A stretch of 64,000 nt of DNA, from positions 8,980 through 72,979 of the IMG/VR virus record IMGVR_UViG_3300010944_000263. One strand, 5' to 3'. Origin of the DNA: a virus (taxonomy: Duplodnaviria > Caudoviricetes). Under the pieces are notes generated by a model. That model did not search any database. It was not told the origin of the DNA and worked only from the letters and a program-made list of their open reading frames with translations. Shown here piece after piece: positions 9,508 to 22,000 of this stretch (within the stretch, counting starts at the first letter, position 1; each line of letters opens with the position of its first letter). Both the position numbers and the translations under genes were made by a program.

Positions 9508-9915
9508 CTACGAAACTTGACCGAGCGTAATCTCGGTGCCGTCGTCATCAACACACACTTGGCTATCACGGATGATGTCCAAGACTTCCTTGGCGATGCT
9601 GACAGCTTCCTCAAGGTTGATGCAACTCAGGATGTCAAAGATCGAGCAATCGCCATCTGGGCATCGCTTACACTCTTGAAAAAGAGCCATGATCCTTTTT
9701 CCGACCGCAAGCACTCTCGCCATCGGAAAGCACCTAAGAAAGCTGAGCATATCCAAAATACCCATGCTAACCTTGGGGCTACTCAGTTTGACCGTCAACG
9801 CGGACGCATCGGCAAGCGGAGCGTCACAAATACCATCTGGGCAATCGTCGTGCTTACGAACAGTCTTTAGAAACACAGAAACAAGCTGAACAATCAGCAA
9901 CAGAAAATTCGACAT
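9508..9915 (-). CDS. Cys-rich membrane-associated protein with two CPDGxC repeats
   Basis: DCPDGIC and RCPDGDC; N-terminal hydrophobic helix from ATG 9915. Confidence 0.55.
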   Translation of the reverse strand: MSNFLLLIVQLVSVFLKTVRKHDDCPDGICDAPLADASALTVKLSSPKVSMGILDMLSFLRCFPMARVLAVGKRIMALFQECKRCPDGDCSIFDILSCINLEEAVSIAKEVLDIIRDSQVCVDDDGTEITLGQVS

Positions 9916-10001
9916 GCTACACCTCTGAAAAAGGGAAACCTGAGCGCGACACAGCGTCACGCTCAGAATAATACCAAAACACGCAACTGAACGAAACAAT
10001 A

Positions 10002-13000
10002 CTACCTTGAAAACACCTTGCGAAGTTGCTGCAGCCGATCGCTCAAAGCGGCCTTGTACACCGGAACACCGCCACGCATCTCTTTAGCCGATCCGTAGGT
10101 AGACTCCCAGTGCTTAATCAACAATCGCCTTGCTTCCGTCAACGTTATCCCTGACCGCTTGAGTGATTCAATCGCTGCTTTTTGCTCACTGACCGACTGA
10201 TTGAAAGACTCAACAGACTTAGCGGCCTTGCGATTCGGAACGGTTGAAGCTGCATAAACCAAGCTCTGCTGCTTTTCTTCTCGACGCCGACTGATCTGAG
10301 TGAGCTGCTCCCGAGTCAGATACTCTTTGTACTGAGGATCTGGAGAATCGAACTTCATCCGCTTAAGATCCTTTTCAAACAACTCCTTTCGCTTTTCTGG
10401 AGTCGCTGTGCGATACTTCGACTCAGGTCCATAGGTGCTAGCGCCCATACCATGCAGAGATAGTAGAGTAATTAGCGCGCCCTGCGGTATCCCTCTCGAT
10501 TCTGCCGTCTCTCTGATTTCCCTGATGGACAGCGGGAAGAACAAATTCACTATCGAAGAGTAAGGCGTCATTGTCTGACCAACTACATTTTCCTCTGCTG
10601 CAATGTCGAACACAGCACCAGGTATAGGCGCCAACTTAGATCGCAAGAAATTACCAACAACCCCAGGAACTCCAGAACTGGCATACTGCTCATCTTCTCC
10701 TCGCAACGAAACCACCGTGCCATCATCTCTAACTCGCTTCCCTGTTGCGATGCGGCTCGCTAGAACGATGACTTGCGACAATCCAGACATCGGGTCGATT
10801 CGCGTCTCACCAAACTTGAGCTTCAAGAGGTCGCTCGACCGAAGGTCCAGGCTAACTGTAGGCTTTTCTTCTTCGTCGTCGCCGCCTAGCAATCTGCCAA
10901 GAGCAACAGTTAGCCCCAAGAACGACATGACGCCAGCAGCGTGCCGAGCATATTCAAGTGCAATCGCCTTCTTGACGCGACCAGACACCTTTCGACTTCC
11001 GAGCAACCACAAAGGCAACCCGAGGTACTGAAAGCGAGACGCTACGAATCGAGGGGCGAAGAACACCATATTCATCTGCTCTGCCCATCTCATCATCGGG
11101 CCAAGGTCCGATCGCCCTGTCGCCGCATTGATGTACATAGCGATTACTTTTGCCTCGTCGGCCGTAACTTGACCACCACGACCAAGGTTAGCAATCAAGT
11201 GCTTGAACAACTGGAAGCGGATTCCATTCAGAAACGTCATGTAGCCACGAGCCGAAGCCGCAACAGGCCACAATGCGATTTTACTTTTGTCGTTAAGCCA
11301 TGTTCCCTGCGCGCCGATTCCATCTCTAGCCCATCGTCCCATGTACGCTTCTTCCTGCTTGGTAATCTTCCCTTCCTCTTCCGTGATTTGCAGGCCGGCG
11401 GTAATTGCAAACTGATACAAATCGTCTTTTCGAATCTCTTCCGCCGTCTTGAACTCCGAAGATTTGCTCAGCATGGCTCGGTACATATCCTTCGCGACCG
11501 CTTTAGCCATCATCGGATGCCCAAACGCAACCGTACCGCCTTGACGGAACACAGCAGACGCGTCGATAGACGTCATCAGCGCCCGAGACAGGTGAGCCGT
11601 TTCTTTGATGTAGTCCCAAGCTCTTTCCCGAGGGCTCATGTTAGCCAATCGATAGTCAGAAGCCATTCGATAGAACTGATCTTTCACGTCAGCTAGCTCT
11701 CGCTTGAGATCTAATTCCTCTTGGCTTAATATTCGAACTTCTTTCCGTGGCTTTGGATCGAACTCGCTCTTAGCTATTCTCTCTTTGTAGTCTGCAATCT
11801 GCTTGAGTAAGTTCGCTTTGTACGCTTTTTCAATCTGTTCAGGTGTACGTTTTCGAACACCAACCAACGAATCACGCTGAGCACGCAGAGCCTCAATGCG
11901 AGCTCTCTTAGCATCCAGTTCAGGAGTGGAAATTGGCTGAGCCTGCTTCTTGGCGTTGAACTCGCCTGTTCGCAACTGCTTTTCGAGGTCGGCAATTACC
12001 CTATCGAGAACACGATTAGTCGCCGCGATACGCTGATCCATCGTCGCTTCTGGCTTGGGGAACATTGCCTTGTAATCAGCCATCAGCTCATTTCTCTTTT
12101 TACGGAGATTGTCTAGCTCAGTGTCTTTGCCTGCCAAATCACGCTTTTGGCTTCCAGCAATAGGCTGCTTAGTAACGTTGACAGCCCTATCCAAGTCGTA
12201 GATTCTGTTTCGAAGAGCTGTCTTTGCTGCTCCAATAGCGGTCTTTAACTGCGTGTTTTCATCAGTAACTCGATACTTTCCGTTTCGCTTTTCTTGATTG
12301 ACTTCTCGAATCAAATCTCGCAATTCATTACTTGGCTCCTGCCTTCCGAAGCCTGTCTTGGCTGGAGCAATACCCGCTTCCATGTCTTGCAACTTGGATA
12401 GCTGGAGCAACTGCGCATTGATGTCCGCAATAATCTTGTCGTACTCGTTGTCTGATGGAGGAGAGTATTGCCCATAACCGCTCAAAGCGTCCATCGTCTC
12501 ACGCTTCGAAATCTCGGGATCAATCTCCTGTAGAGACTCCCAAACACCTTGCAGCACATCATCACGCTCGGTAATGCCCGCCTCGACAAGGGAACGCTCA
12601 ATCTGCTTGGCAAGCCGCGACAAGCCTCTTGTATCGCCTTTATCCATCGCAGGAACAGGAATATCACCGTTCTCGCTCAACTCCTTCCAAGCCGTTGCAA
12701 ACGCGGCACGAACCGAGACAGGAAGTTCTGCACCGAGATCCTTGCGGATGTTTGCCAAGAACTCACCTAGCGAGAATACACCGAGGTCGACGTACGCCTG
12801 AACGACTGACTTGGCTTCGCTAGCCATCATCTCATCTTCCGTCGCGTATAGAGAGCCAGTGTCGTCGGCTGAACTCAACGCAAAGACAGATGCAAACTTG
12901 TTCTTGAACGACGTGAGCTTATCGACCGCCTTCTTGCGGATCGCTTCTGGAATCCGTCCGCCTTTCTTTTTGCTGTCCTCAATCTGAGCGTCAACGTTCC

Positions 13001-16000
13001 TTTGTCGCTCAAGGTCCAACTTCTCTTGGTTTGCTTTGGCAAGATCGCCTTCAAGCTCAGCCACCCTCGCAGCCAGTTCGCGAATCTTTGCCAACTGCTC
13101 TTCGTTCAACGCATTGCCAGCGTTTGCTACACGAGCCTTGCGAATCAAAGCAACCGAAGAGAAATCTTTAGCTAGCTCAATCTGACGAGCTACCCCAGCA
13201 CGGCCCCATTCTCGACCAGCAGCCTTTGCAGCCTCCTCGATCTCAGCAAGAGCGTTCTGAATAATGTCCGTGTCTGTTAGCGCCTGAGCAGAAGCCAACG
13301 AGTCACCATTGTCCTTTGCTTTGATGAGCCTATCCGAAGCCTTGATAAGCTGGTTAGTTACTTGGCGGTAATGCAGCTGCATGACAGCAACTTCGATATT
13401 GCTCAAGTTGCGAGCCTTCTGATTGATCTCTTTTACAAGGCGATCGCCAAGCATCGGATCATTACGGAGCATCGTTTCCGCAGCTTCCAGCCACTCTTCT
13501 TGCGTCTCCGAAGCGACGTCCACTAAGCCTGGGACACCTCGCCGGAACCGAAGCTCATTGACAACTTCGTTCTTGATACTGGTAACGAAGTCATCATTTT
13601 TTGACAGGCTGTCAGCACTTTCGATATCGCCACTTCGCTGCACCAATTTGTCAAAAAGGGCACGCACTTCGCTTGGCAATGGACCGCCAGTGATTTGCTG
13701 AATGTTTCGGTAAACACCCTGCATCCAGCGAGCAATCTTCTGGAACAATCCTTTCAGTCCGCTGCTAGGAGGATCGATTCCTTCGAACCAGTACTGCTCC
13801 CACATCTTGGCGAACTTCTCTTCGTTCTCAACCTTCCAGACGCCGTTCTCGACGCCAATCTCCTTCTCCAGTGCGATGATTTCGGAATCCGTAATTCCAG
13901 CCCGTTCGCTTTGAGGAACCCTGCGATTGAGCAGGAATCGACGCAACGGGTGGGCAATCTCATGGATGAACGTGGACACGTCCGCTTTGTCCGTTGCACC
14001 GATGATGGCTCTGGTCGCACTGATAAACGATGTCCAACCCTTGATGTAGTCGCCTCCCCCTTGGAGAGCCATTTCCTCCAGCTTCTTCGGAACAGGCGAA
14101 CCGAACGGAGCAAAACCAACCTTGTCGAACGAAAGACCAACACGCTCCATGATGTCGAGCGCCGCGTTAATCTGCTCATCGGACAGGCTAGAACTCGGGA
14201 ACGCTGCCCTAGCCATCGAAAAGACTTGTTCTCGAGTTACGCCGGGAGTACCCAGGACATCGCTTGTGCTGCGAACGCCTGCGAATCCGGCAATCTGAGC
14301 CACCAGCCGCAAATAGGGTCCAATTTCGCGTGTACGACGTTCTCCGAGCGACTTGACCGAATACGCGACCAGTTTGTCGAACGAGTTTATGTTGGCGTCC
14401 ATCGCAGCCATGGCGATATCGATAGCCTGCTTCTCGATAGTCGAGTCAACGTCACCCGATTCCATCTGAGCAAGGTCGGCCGGAAGATCGCTCAACTTGT
14501 TTCCAAGGTCAGGGTTTTTATGGAAGCTACGAAGTTCTTCTAGGTTTTTGAATATTGGCTCGCCTTGTTCATCGAGCACCTTATCAGCTCGAACGGCTAC
14601 CGTATCAACACCGTCTTCATACAAAACGTGCGTGTCAGACCTATACCCGGAAACAGCGTGCTCTTCCAATTCGAACTTGGCACCATCTGAAGACTCTTCG
14701 CCGGTTACTCTTTCTCGATAGAGCTCTGCTTGCATATCCGCCATAGCTTGCGGAACTGCAGGTCGCTTTCTCTTTTTGACGAAAATAGACGTTCCAATTG
14801 GAGCAATATTTCGGAACCAAAAAGAAGAACCTTCAGGATTAGACTCCAGTTCCGCAACCAACGCTTTTAGCTTAGCTACTTTCGCGTCTAGTTGTTGCTG
14901 CCTTACGAACGGAAGTTTCGCTGACTCATCCGCAGATTTAACAAAAGACTCCTTTTTAGCTTTTTCAGCTTTGCGAGCATCAATTCTCTTTCCAACGTTT
15001 CGCAACACACCATCCATACTAGCAAACGACGGATTGATTTCGAGAAGCATCTTTTCAGCGTGCAACTGACCACCGCTTATGAAAATGCTTACGCCTCTAT
15101 ACTCAGCAACCTTTCGCTTGTCAGACGCTTTTACGCGATCCTCGGTCGATTGCGTACGTCCATATCTCTCGACAATCATCTCCAGAGCGTCCGTAATAGC
15201 CTCAGCCCCAGAGATGTTCTTATCAGCAACCTTTATCAAGTCGCTCAACACCATCGTAGGCTCAACGGACTTGCCTGACTCTGATTTTTGAGGACGTGAA
15301 TCCTGGTATGCCTTCTGAATTGCAGACAGATCATCAATCTCTCTTGTAAGACGAGGAATGTCTCCTGTCTTTTGCTTATGCGCCTCCCAAAGAGAATCTT
15401 GAATTGTTCGGTAGTGCCTGTCCTTGGCTTCCTTTAACTTGACGATTTCTCTTTCGAGACGGAATCGCTGCTGAATACGAGGATCTCCTACCGCAGCCGA
15501 AAACGTCGCTTCAAAATCTCCTTCGCCTTCTTCATCCATATCGACATCACTCATGTCGATAATTCGCTCGTCTCCTTTATGGTGCATGAATCGATTGATA
15601 AACCGATCCTTTGTCAAAAGAACCTGCCATCGTCGACCGTCCTGCGGTCCTTCTGTCAGATACCGATGCTCGTGAACAGTGTTCCATCTGTTTCCTTGCC
15701 GGAATCCTCGACCGTTTCTTTGCTCAAGAGCTCCTGGCATCCAAGGAGCATCTAAATGGTGCATGGCAACAAGATTCTCCTGCGCATTGACACCAGTACC
15801 TAACGTCTCCGTTCCGCCAATCGCGAAACGGATTTCACCCCTGTTCATTGCACGAGCTGCTTCCGCTCTCTGCTCTTTATTCATGTTTGAGAACAAGGCA
15901 ATTTCACTTTCAGGAACACCTTCTTCCATCAGACGACGCTTAATCTCCTTACCCAAGTTGAAAATCTTGACGTTTTCAGTGATAGGCTTTCCATCGTTGT

Positions 16001-19000
16001 CTCTTCCAACAACCCGCTTTGCAGAATCTTTATGCCCCATCTCCATGAATATCATCTGCGTGGCTTTAGGATGCGAATAGTAGTAATCCATCGCATTCAC
16101 AAGCATCTTGTTGATCTTCAACCTTGGATCGCGAGGATCCACAAGACTAGCATCTACCCCATCCATCAAGCGAGGATCAAGAGCCAGCTTCACGCCTTCG
16201 CTATTGAGAACCAAAGGCATGTACTCTCTTGTTCGAAGAAGCTCAAACTTCGCTTTGCCTGTTGCTTGCTTAAGCGTCCTGTACCGCTCCTTTAAGTTTT
16301 CGCTCATCAGCTTTTGAATCGGCATCATCTGCAGCGTTTCGTTATGCACTTCCTTGTATGGACGACCGACAACAGGCTCTCCCTCTTCAATTCTTCCATC
16401 TTTTGTTGGTCGCGGAACAAACTCCGGCATGTCGCTCCCGAAAACCGTATCCATGTACTGTCCGATAGATGCTCGCAATTCCGGAAGGTTTACAAAGCTA
16501 GTTAGGCGCACAAACTCTTCGTACGTTCCGCCAACAGACAGTTCGTCGCTCGTTTCCGCAGTAGCAAACGTGTTGAACCATCCATCCCAATCCTTTACTC
16601 CAACTGCTTGCATTTCATCAGGCATGATGAATCGCTGCATGTTATAGATTTCATTCAAAGTGTTTGTGACTGGAGTTCCGGTAAACAAAAACACTCCCCG
16701 TCCATTTTGCGTCCCGCGAATGTAGTCAGACAGAAGCATTAGTGAATTGCCAATGTTACTCGACTGCTTATTCAGCCCCTTTACTTGCTGACGAGTAGCA
16801 ATAGGAATTTTTTTGAAAATATGCGCCTCGTCGACCATGAGCATATCAACACCCATGTCTTCAATGAAAATAGTAGATTCGCTAGCGGAATCCGCCTGAG
16901 CTTCTCGAATGCGCTCTCGCAAACGGAGGCGTTCCTTAACAAGCTCTTTCGCGGTTCTTTGCTTGAGCTTCTTCAAATCGTCGTCGTCTATGTTGTCTAA
17001 GTTCTCTGGCATACTGCCTTTGAACGGACTGTCGTCTTCATTGAAAGCCTCAAGCGCTGCAGCTTCCAATTGATCCATTTGCTCTTGAAGAAGCTTTTCA
17101 AGCGTCTCAGGGCGCATCTTCAGCTTATCAACAAGCGAGTGTGGAATCACAATCAAATCCCAATCCTCGGTAGCGATAGAAGCCATTGCCTGACCTTTAT
17201 TCTTCGAGTCGAGATTGTCAACATAAAGAATCTTGGCTCCAGGATAGGCTTCCTGTGCTTCTCTATACACCGCTTGCGAGTTTGCATTATGCGCAAACAA
17301 CACAGGCTTGTTGGCTAAGCGAAGCCGGCGAGACTCTATTGCCAAGGCTGCCATAGTAAGCGTCTTGCCTGTACCGACCTCGTGCGCGTACAGCCCTTTC
17401 CCTGAAACAATTCCACGCCAAACAGCCGCTTCTTGGTGCTTTCGAAGCGAAAAAGGATCTTCTCCCCTCTGTAACGCAAGACCTTCAAACAGCAAAGGAA
17501 CCTTTACTTTGTTCCAATCTGGAGTTGCCACAGATCGGTGATCTTCGTTGTACGCTTGAGACAGCCTTGCAATTCGGTCGGGAGTTTGCCAAATCCAATC
17601 CTTGAACTTGTCTTTCAATTCGTCAATCTTGGCGTTAGCTTCAAACGTCGCCTCTTCGTCCTTGACGTTGTTTCCTTCTGCATCTTTATAGAAAACGGAA
17701 ACACGACCGTTATTCATTGCCGCAGAAACCATCTTCGAAAACGGAACTTCCATGTGTCCGTGAGTCACAACTGCTGGAGAATTGTTTACCGATCCAGCGA
17801 AGTCTACCTTCCACCCTCGAATAGCCTTTAGCACTCTGGTGTTTTTCGGATCCTCTCCCAATAGGTCAGCAACAAACTGCGTGTAATCCTCCGCTGGAAT
17901 CCAGGGAGCGCCCATGCTTACTTGAATTTGGTTGTAAACAAGAGGCTCTGGCATGACAGATTTTGCCGCTTCGATAGATCGCTCGAGCCCATTCACGCCT
18001 TCGTTCTTCGCAGCTTCGAGCTGACGAATCTTTCTTGCCATATTCCCTGAGAGGAATACATCCGCAGCGTCATATAGGTCTTCGCCAGTCTTGTAGATCA
18101 ACCCTTCTTTCTCAAGAACAGCAATCACGTCAGCTTTCGGCATCTGCGCAGACTTCGCAACAGCATCCCAGTCAATATCCACGGAGTTGTTACGAGCCAA
18201 TGCGAAAGCATCGATAGGGTTCAGTTTTTCGTTTACGCGAGGTGGCTGACGAACAGTCGTCTTGGTAAAAACAGGACGCTTCTCGTACTCTCCGTTCGCT
18301 GTTTTCATCTCCAAAGACGCTACCGCGTTAGCTATCGCATCGCCAGAAGCCTTGAGATAACCGATAGCCTTACTTTCGGTAATTGGACCGTATTTGCCTA
18401 TGAACGCATCGTAAAACTGATTGAGCTGCTTTCGCTGCTCAGCCGCATCCTCACCCCTGCCCTGCAATTCAAGCACTTGCTCAAGAGAGTCGCGAACTTT
18501 AAGAAGCGAAACCATCTCGTCACGAATCTTTTTGACAGTCTCTGGCTTGCTCCCAGCGCGGTACCAATTGACGTACTCTTTGAGAGGCATCAACTGCTCG
18601 CCCTTGGCAATGTACAGTTCATCACCCTGATGAATAACTGTGTTCTGCCGAAGTTTCTTTTCGTTTGCTCTCTCTCTTCCTTCGTTCGCTGTCCTTTCAG
18701 TATTCAAAATGTTTTCAGGGACTGACTCGATCGCTTTCTGCCATCTTTCAGCCAAGTCAGAAGGCTTGTCGACAATCATGCCAGGACGACCACTCGTTGT
18801 GCCGTTACCATAGTTGATCGTCCCCAATACGTTTTCTGGGTGCAGCTTCCAGTAGTTATTCACATCTACCTTTTGCCCAGACGGTGTATCCATCTCGATA
18901 ACATCAATCCACTCCTGATTAACAGAAGATGGACTCTCTCCATCTTTTCGCTTACGAATGATAATCAAGTCCGCAACAACCTTCGTCTTGGCATATCGTT

Positions 19001-22000
19001 CAAACGCACCAGTTGGGAATCGGAACGCTGCAATCAAGTCGCCTCTATCAGACAACTGTTTTCGAAGCAGCTTAGCCTCGTCCTTGCCGTCCATCGTCAT
19101 ATTCGAAGTCACGAACGCCATGATCCCACCCGGCTTTGTCTGATCGATAGCCTTGCGGAAAAAGTAGTTGTGAATCGAGTACGGCATTCGATACATTCGA
19201 TCGTGAATCTTGTAGTTACCGAACGGGACGTTAGTAGCCGTTACGTCATAGAAATCATTTGGCGTCCTGCTATCCTGATACCCCTTCTGTTGAACGTTGA
19301 TTTGTGGATAGAGCATCTTTGCCATGCGAGCGGTAGCTTTATCCAACTCGATAGCAGTAAAGTTAGTTCGATCCATGATGTCGCGAGGCATCATGGCTGC
19401 GAAATTACCGATACCAAACGATGGCTCAAGGAACCTACCACCCCTGAACCCCATCCTTCTAAGCATCTCCCACATGCCTACAACAACTTCTGGATCAGTA
19501 TAGTGCGCGTTGGGAATCGACTCCTGGGCTGATCGCCACTCTTCTTCACCTAAATGTTCTCGAAGCCATTCATTCTCGGACTCCCAATCCTTCTTCACCT
19601 TCGGATTGTTCCAGTTTCCTTGGAAGAGCTCTTGTCCAAATGCACCCCACCCAATGTATGAAGCAATCGTTTCCAATTCTTCCTGAGTAGGCGCACGTCC
19701 AGACTCTTCAAGTTCTTGCGATAGCTCCAATGCACGAACGTTCCGAGCAAACTTGTCTTTGAGACCGCGACCAAGAATGATGTCAGGGTTAGTCAGATGA
19801 AAGTTTGGACGAGATGATTTTGGAGCTAGGTCTATTCCTGCTCCATCTCCTGGCTTGGTGAATCCATCTCCTCCGGTTTCTCCGGATCCAACATCAACAC
19901 CTCCCGGCACATCAGTTCCGCTTCCGACATTGCCAACTTCTCTTCCGTCACCAGTCGCATCACGTCCTGATTGAACCGACTCCGCGTTACTATCGCGTAA
20001 TCCTCCAGAATCCCTTGCTCCTCCAGCCTTTTCACCATTTGCGGGCTGTTCTCCCTCCAGTGTTCCAGAAGTTGCTGCACTTCCGGATTTTTCTCGGTCA
20101 GCGTTGCTTCTGCCAGTTCTTTCTTGATCTGGCTCACCCATCTCTGTTCTAGTACCATCTGCTTTCTCTCCTAAGTAATCAATCACGCTTATTGCAGGGT
20201 CAGAAACAATTTTCTGTCTTTCAAGAGCTCTCCATCCAGCTTCCATGTACGGCGCAAACTCTCTTGCGAAGTCGCTTCCAAAGTTTTCAACAATCGCATC
20301 TACATACGCACCAAACGTGTCTTTGCCTGCACGAACGTAAAGCAAGGAAACCTGAACAATCTTTTTAAGGCTATCCCTGTCTATCGTTTCAGCAGGAATG
20401 CTTTGAAGCAAAACATCAGGATCCGGTTTTTGAGCCTTCAAAGAACGAATATCAGAAGCAAACTGCTTCATCGCATCGTTAGCCGCCTTCAACGCAGCAG
20501 CCTTTGCTGCCGCTTCAGTATCGATCGGCTCTTTTTTAGGTCGTTTCTTCCCTGTCAGCTTCTCTCCTAATGGTTTCTTAGCTGCTGGAGCCTTGCCGTC
20601 CTTACGTCCAGTCCTTTTCTTTGGCTTCTCTTCCGCCAGTATCTCAGCAAGGACATCATCTGCCGCATCATCCAGCGTAAGTACCCTAGTCGACTGCGAT
20701 ACAGGGATATCATTTAGTGGAGGATCAATTACGCTCTTGATTGCTTCTGGCAATGACTCAAAAGTCTGATTCATGTCACTGAACAAAGACGCAGTCTTTT
20801 CACCGATTCCAAGAGCTCCAATAAGATCCTTCATCGCGTTTCGGAACTTCGTTGGCGACATCTCGTATAGAGCATGAACCAACCCCGCAGCCGAGTAATT
20901 GCGATACCCAGGACCAGCGATCAATTGTTGCTGGTCCATGAAATAGCTCTGAAGCGAACCGCCTGCTTTTCTATCTGCAACGTATCCGTCGTATGCTTGA
21001 ACGGCTTCAAGCAAGTCACTAAGCAACTGCTTGCCATGCTTCTTGTCTGCCATGCCTTTCGCTAAAGGACCAATTGCAGACAGAACCTTTTGTTTCACTG
21101 ACGGCGCAGCATCTCCTAAGACAGTCGCATCTGGAATCGCCTTCGCTGTCAATAACTGTTCTATTGCTGACTTTCCATCTGAATTCAAATCGCTCGTAAC
21201 TGGATCGACATAACGGTCGGTCTGCTTAGTGGTCCACGCACCATCCTTCACCAAAGCTCGAACAATGCGATCGGCGTGCTTTGGGTTAGCCATTGCGTCA
21301 CGAAGACTCAACGTGTCATCAGACGCAAGAATGCCAGCAATCAAATCAACAGTACCTTCGCTAACTCGCTTAGCTTGCGACACAGCATCCGTCGCCTGTG
21401 ACTTAGAAGCTGAAAGAGCCTCGTTGAGCAACGACGAAATGGTAGTCTTGTCAAACACCTCATCTAGCACTCGAACAATAACAGGCTCTTTTAGCTTCCC
21501 AATATCCTTTTGGTCGATACCAAACTTCTCTGCCTCGGATTGTATATGCGACTTGAGTCGTGCAGCTTGCTTTCCAGAGTATGCCAACTGCATTCCCATT
21601 GAACGTGCGTTACCACCAAGAACGGCACCGAACTCATCTAAGATAGGTGGACCATCGATAGGAGACTGCGTATCAGACGTTAACAGACTTACCTTGTCCG
21701 GAAGAACTTTCGATATTTTCTCGACAGTCTCTCGAGAGTCCGCACCTTGCTTTGGATCGTGATATGGACGTTCGTTTTCTAAAGCCCCTTCGTTCCTGGC
21801 AAAGTTGCGACGCGCGTCATGAGACGGAATTAGCTTTTCGGCTTCGATTGCGTAGTATGTTGCTTTTCGAGTCTTTCCATCCGCTGTAATAACTGCCGTG
21901 GACTTTCCTTTGACACCAAACTCCGATATCGGGACTCTATCTTGTCCCACTGTTCCTGCACTTGACTGCTTTGGTTCTTGTCTTGTTTCTGACTCATCGC

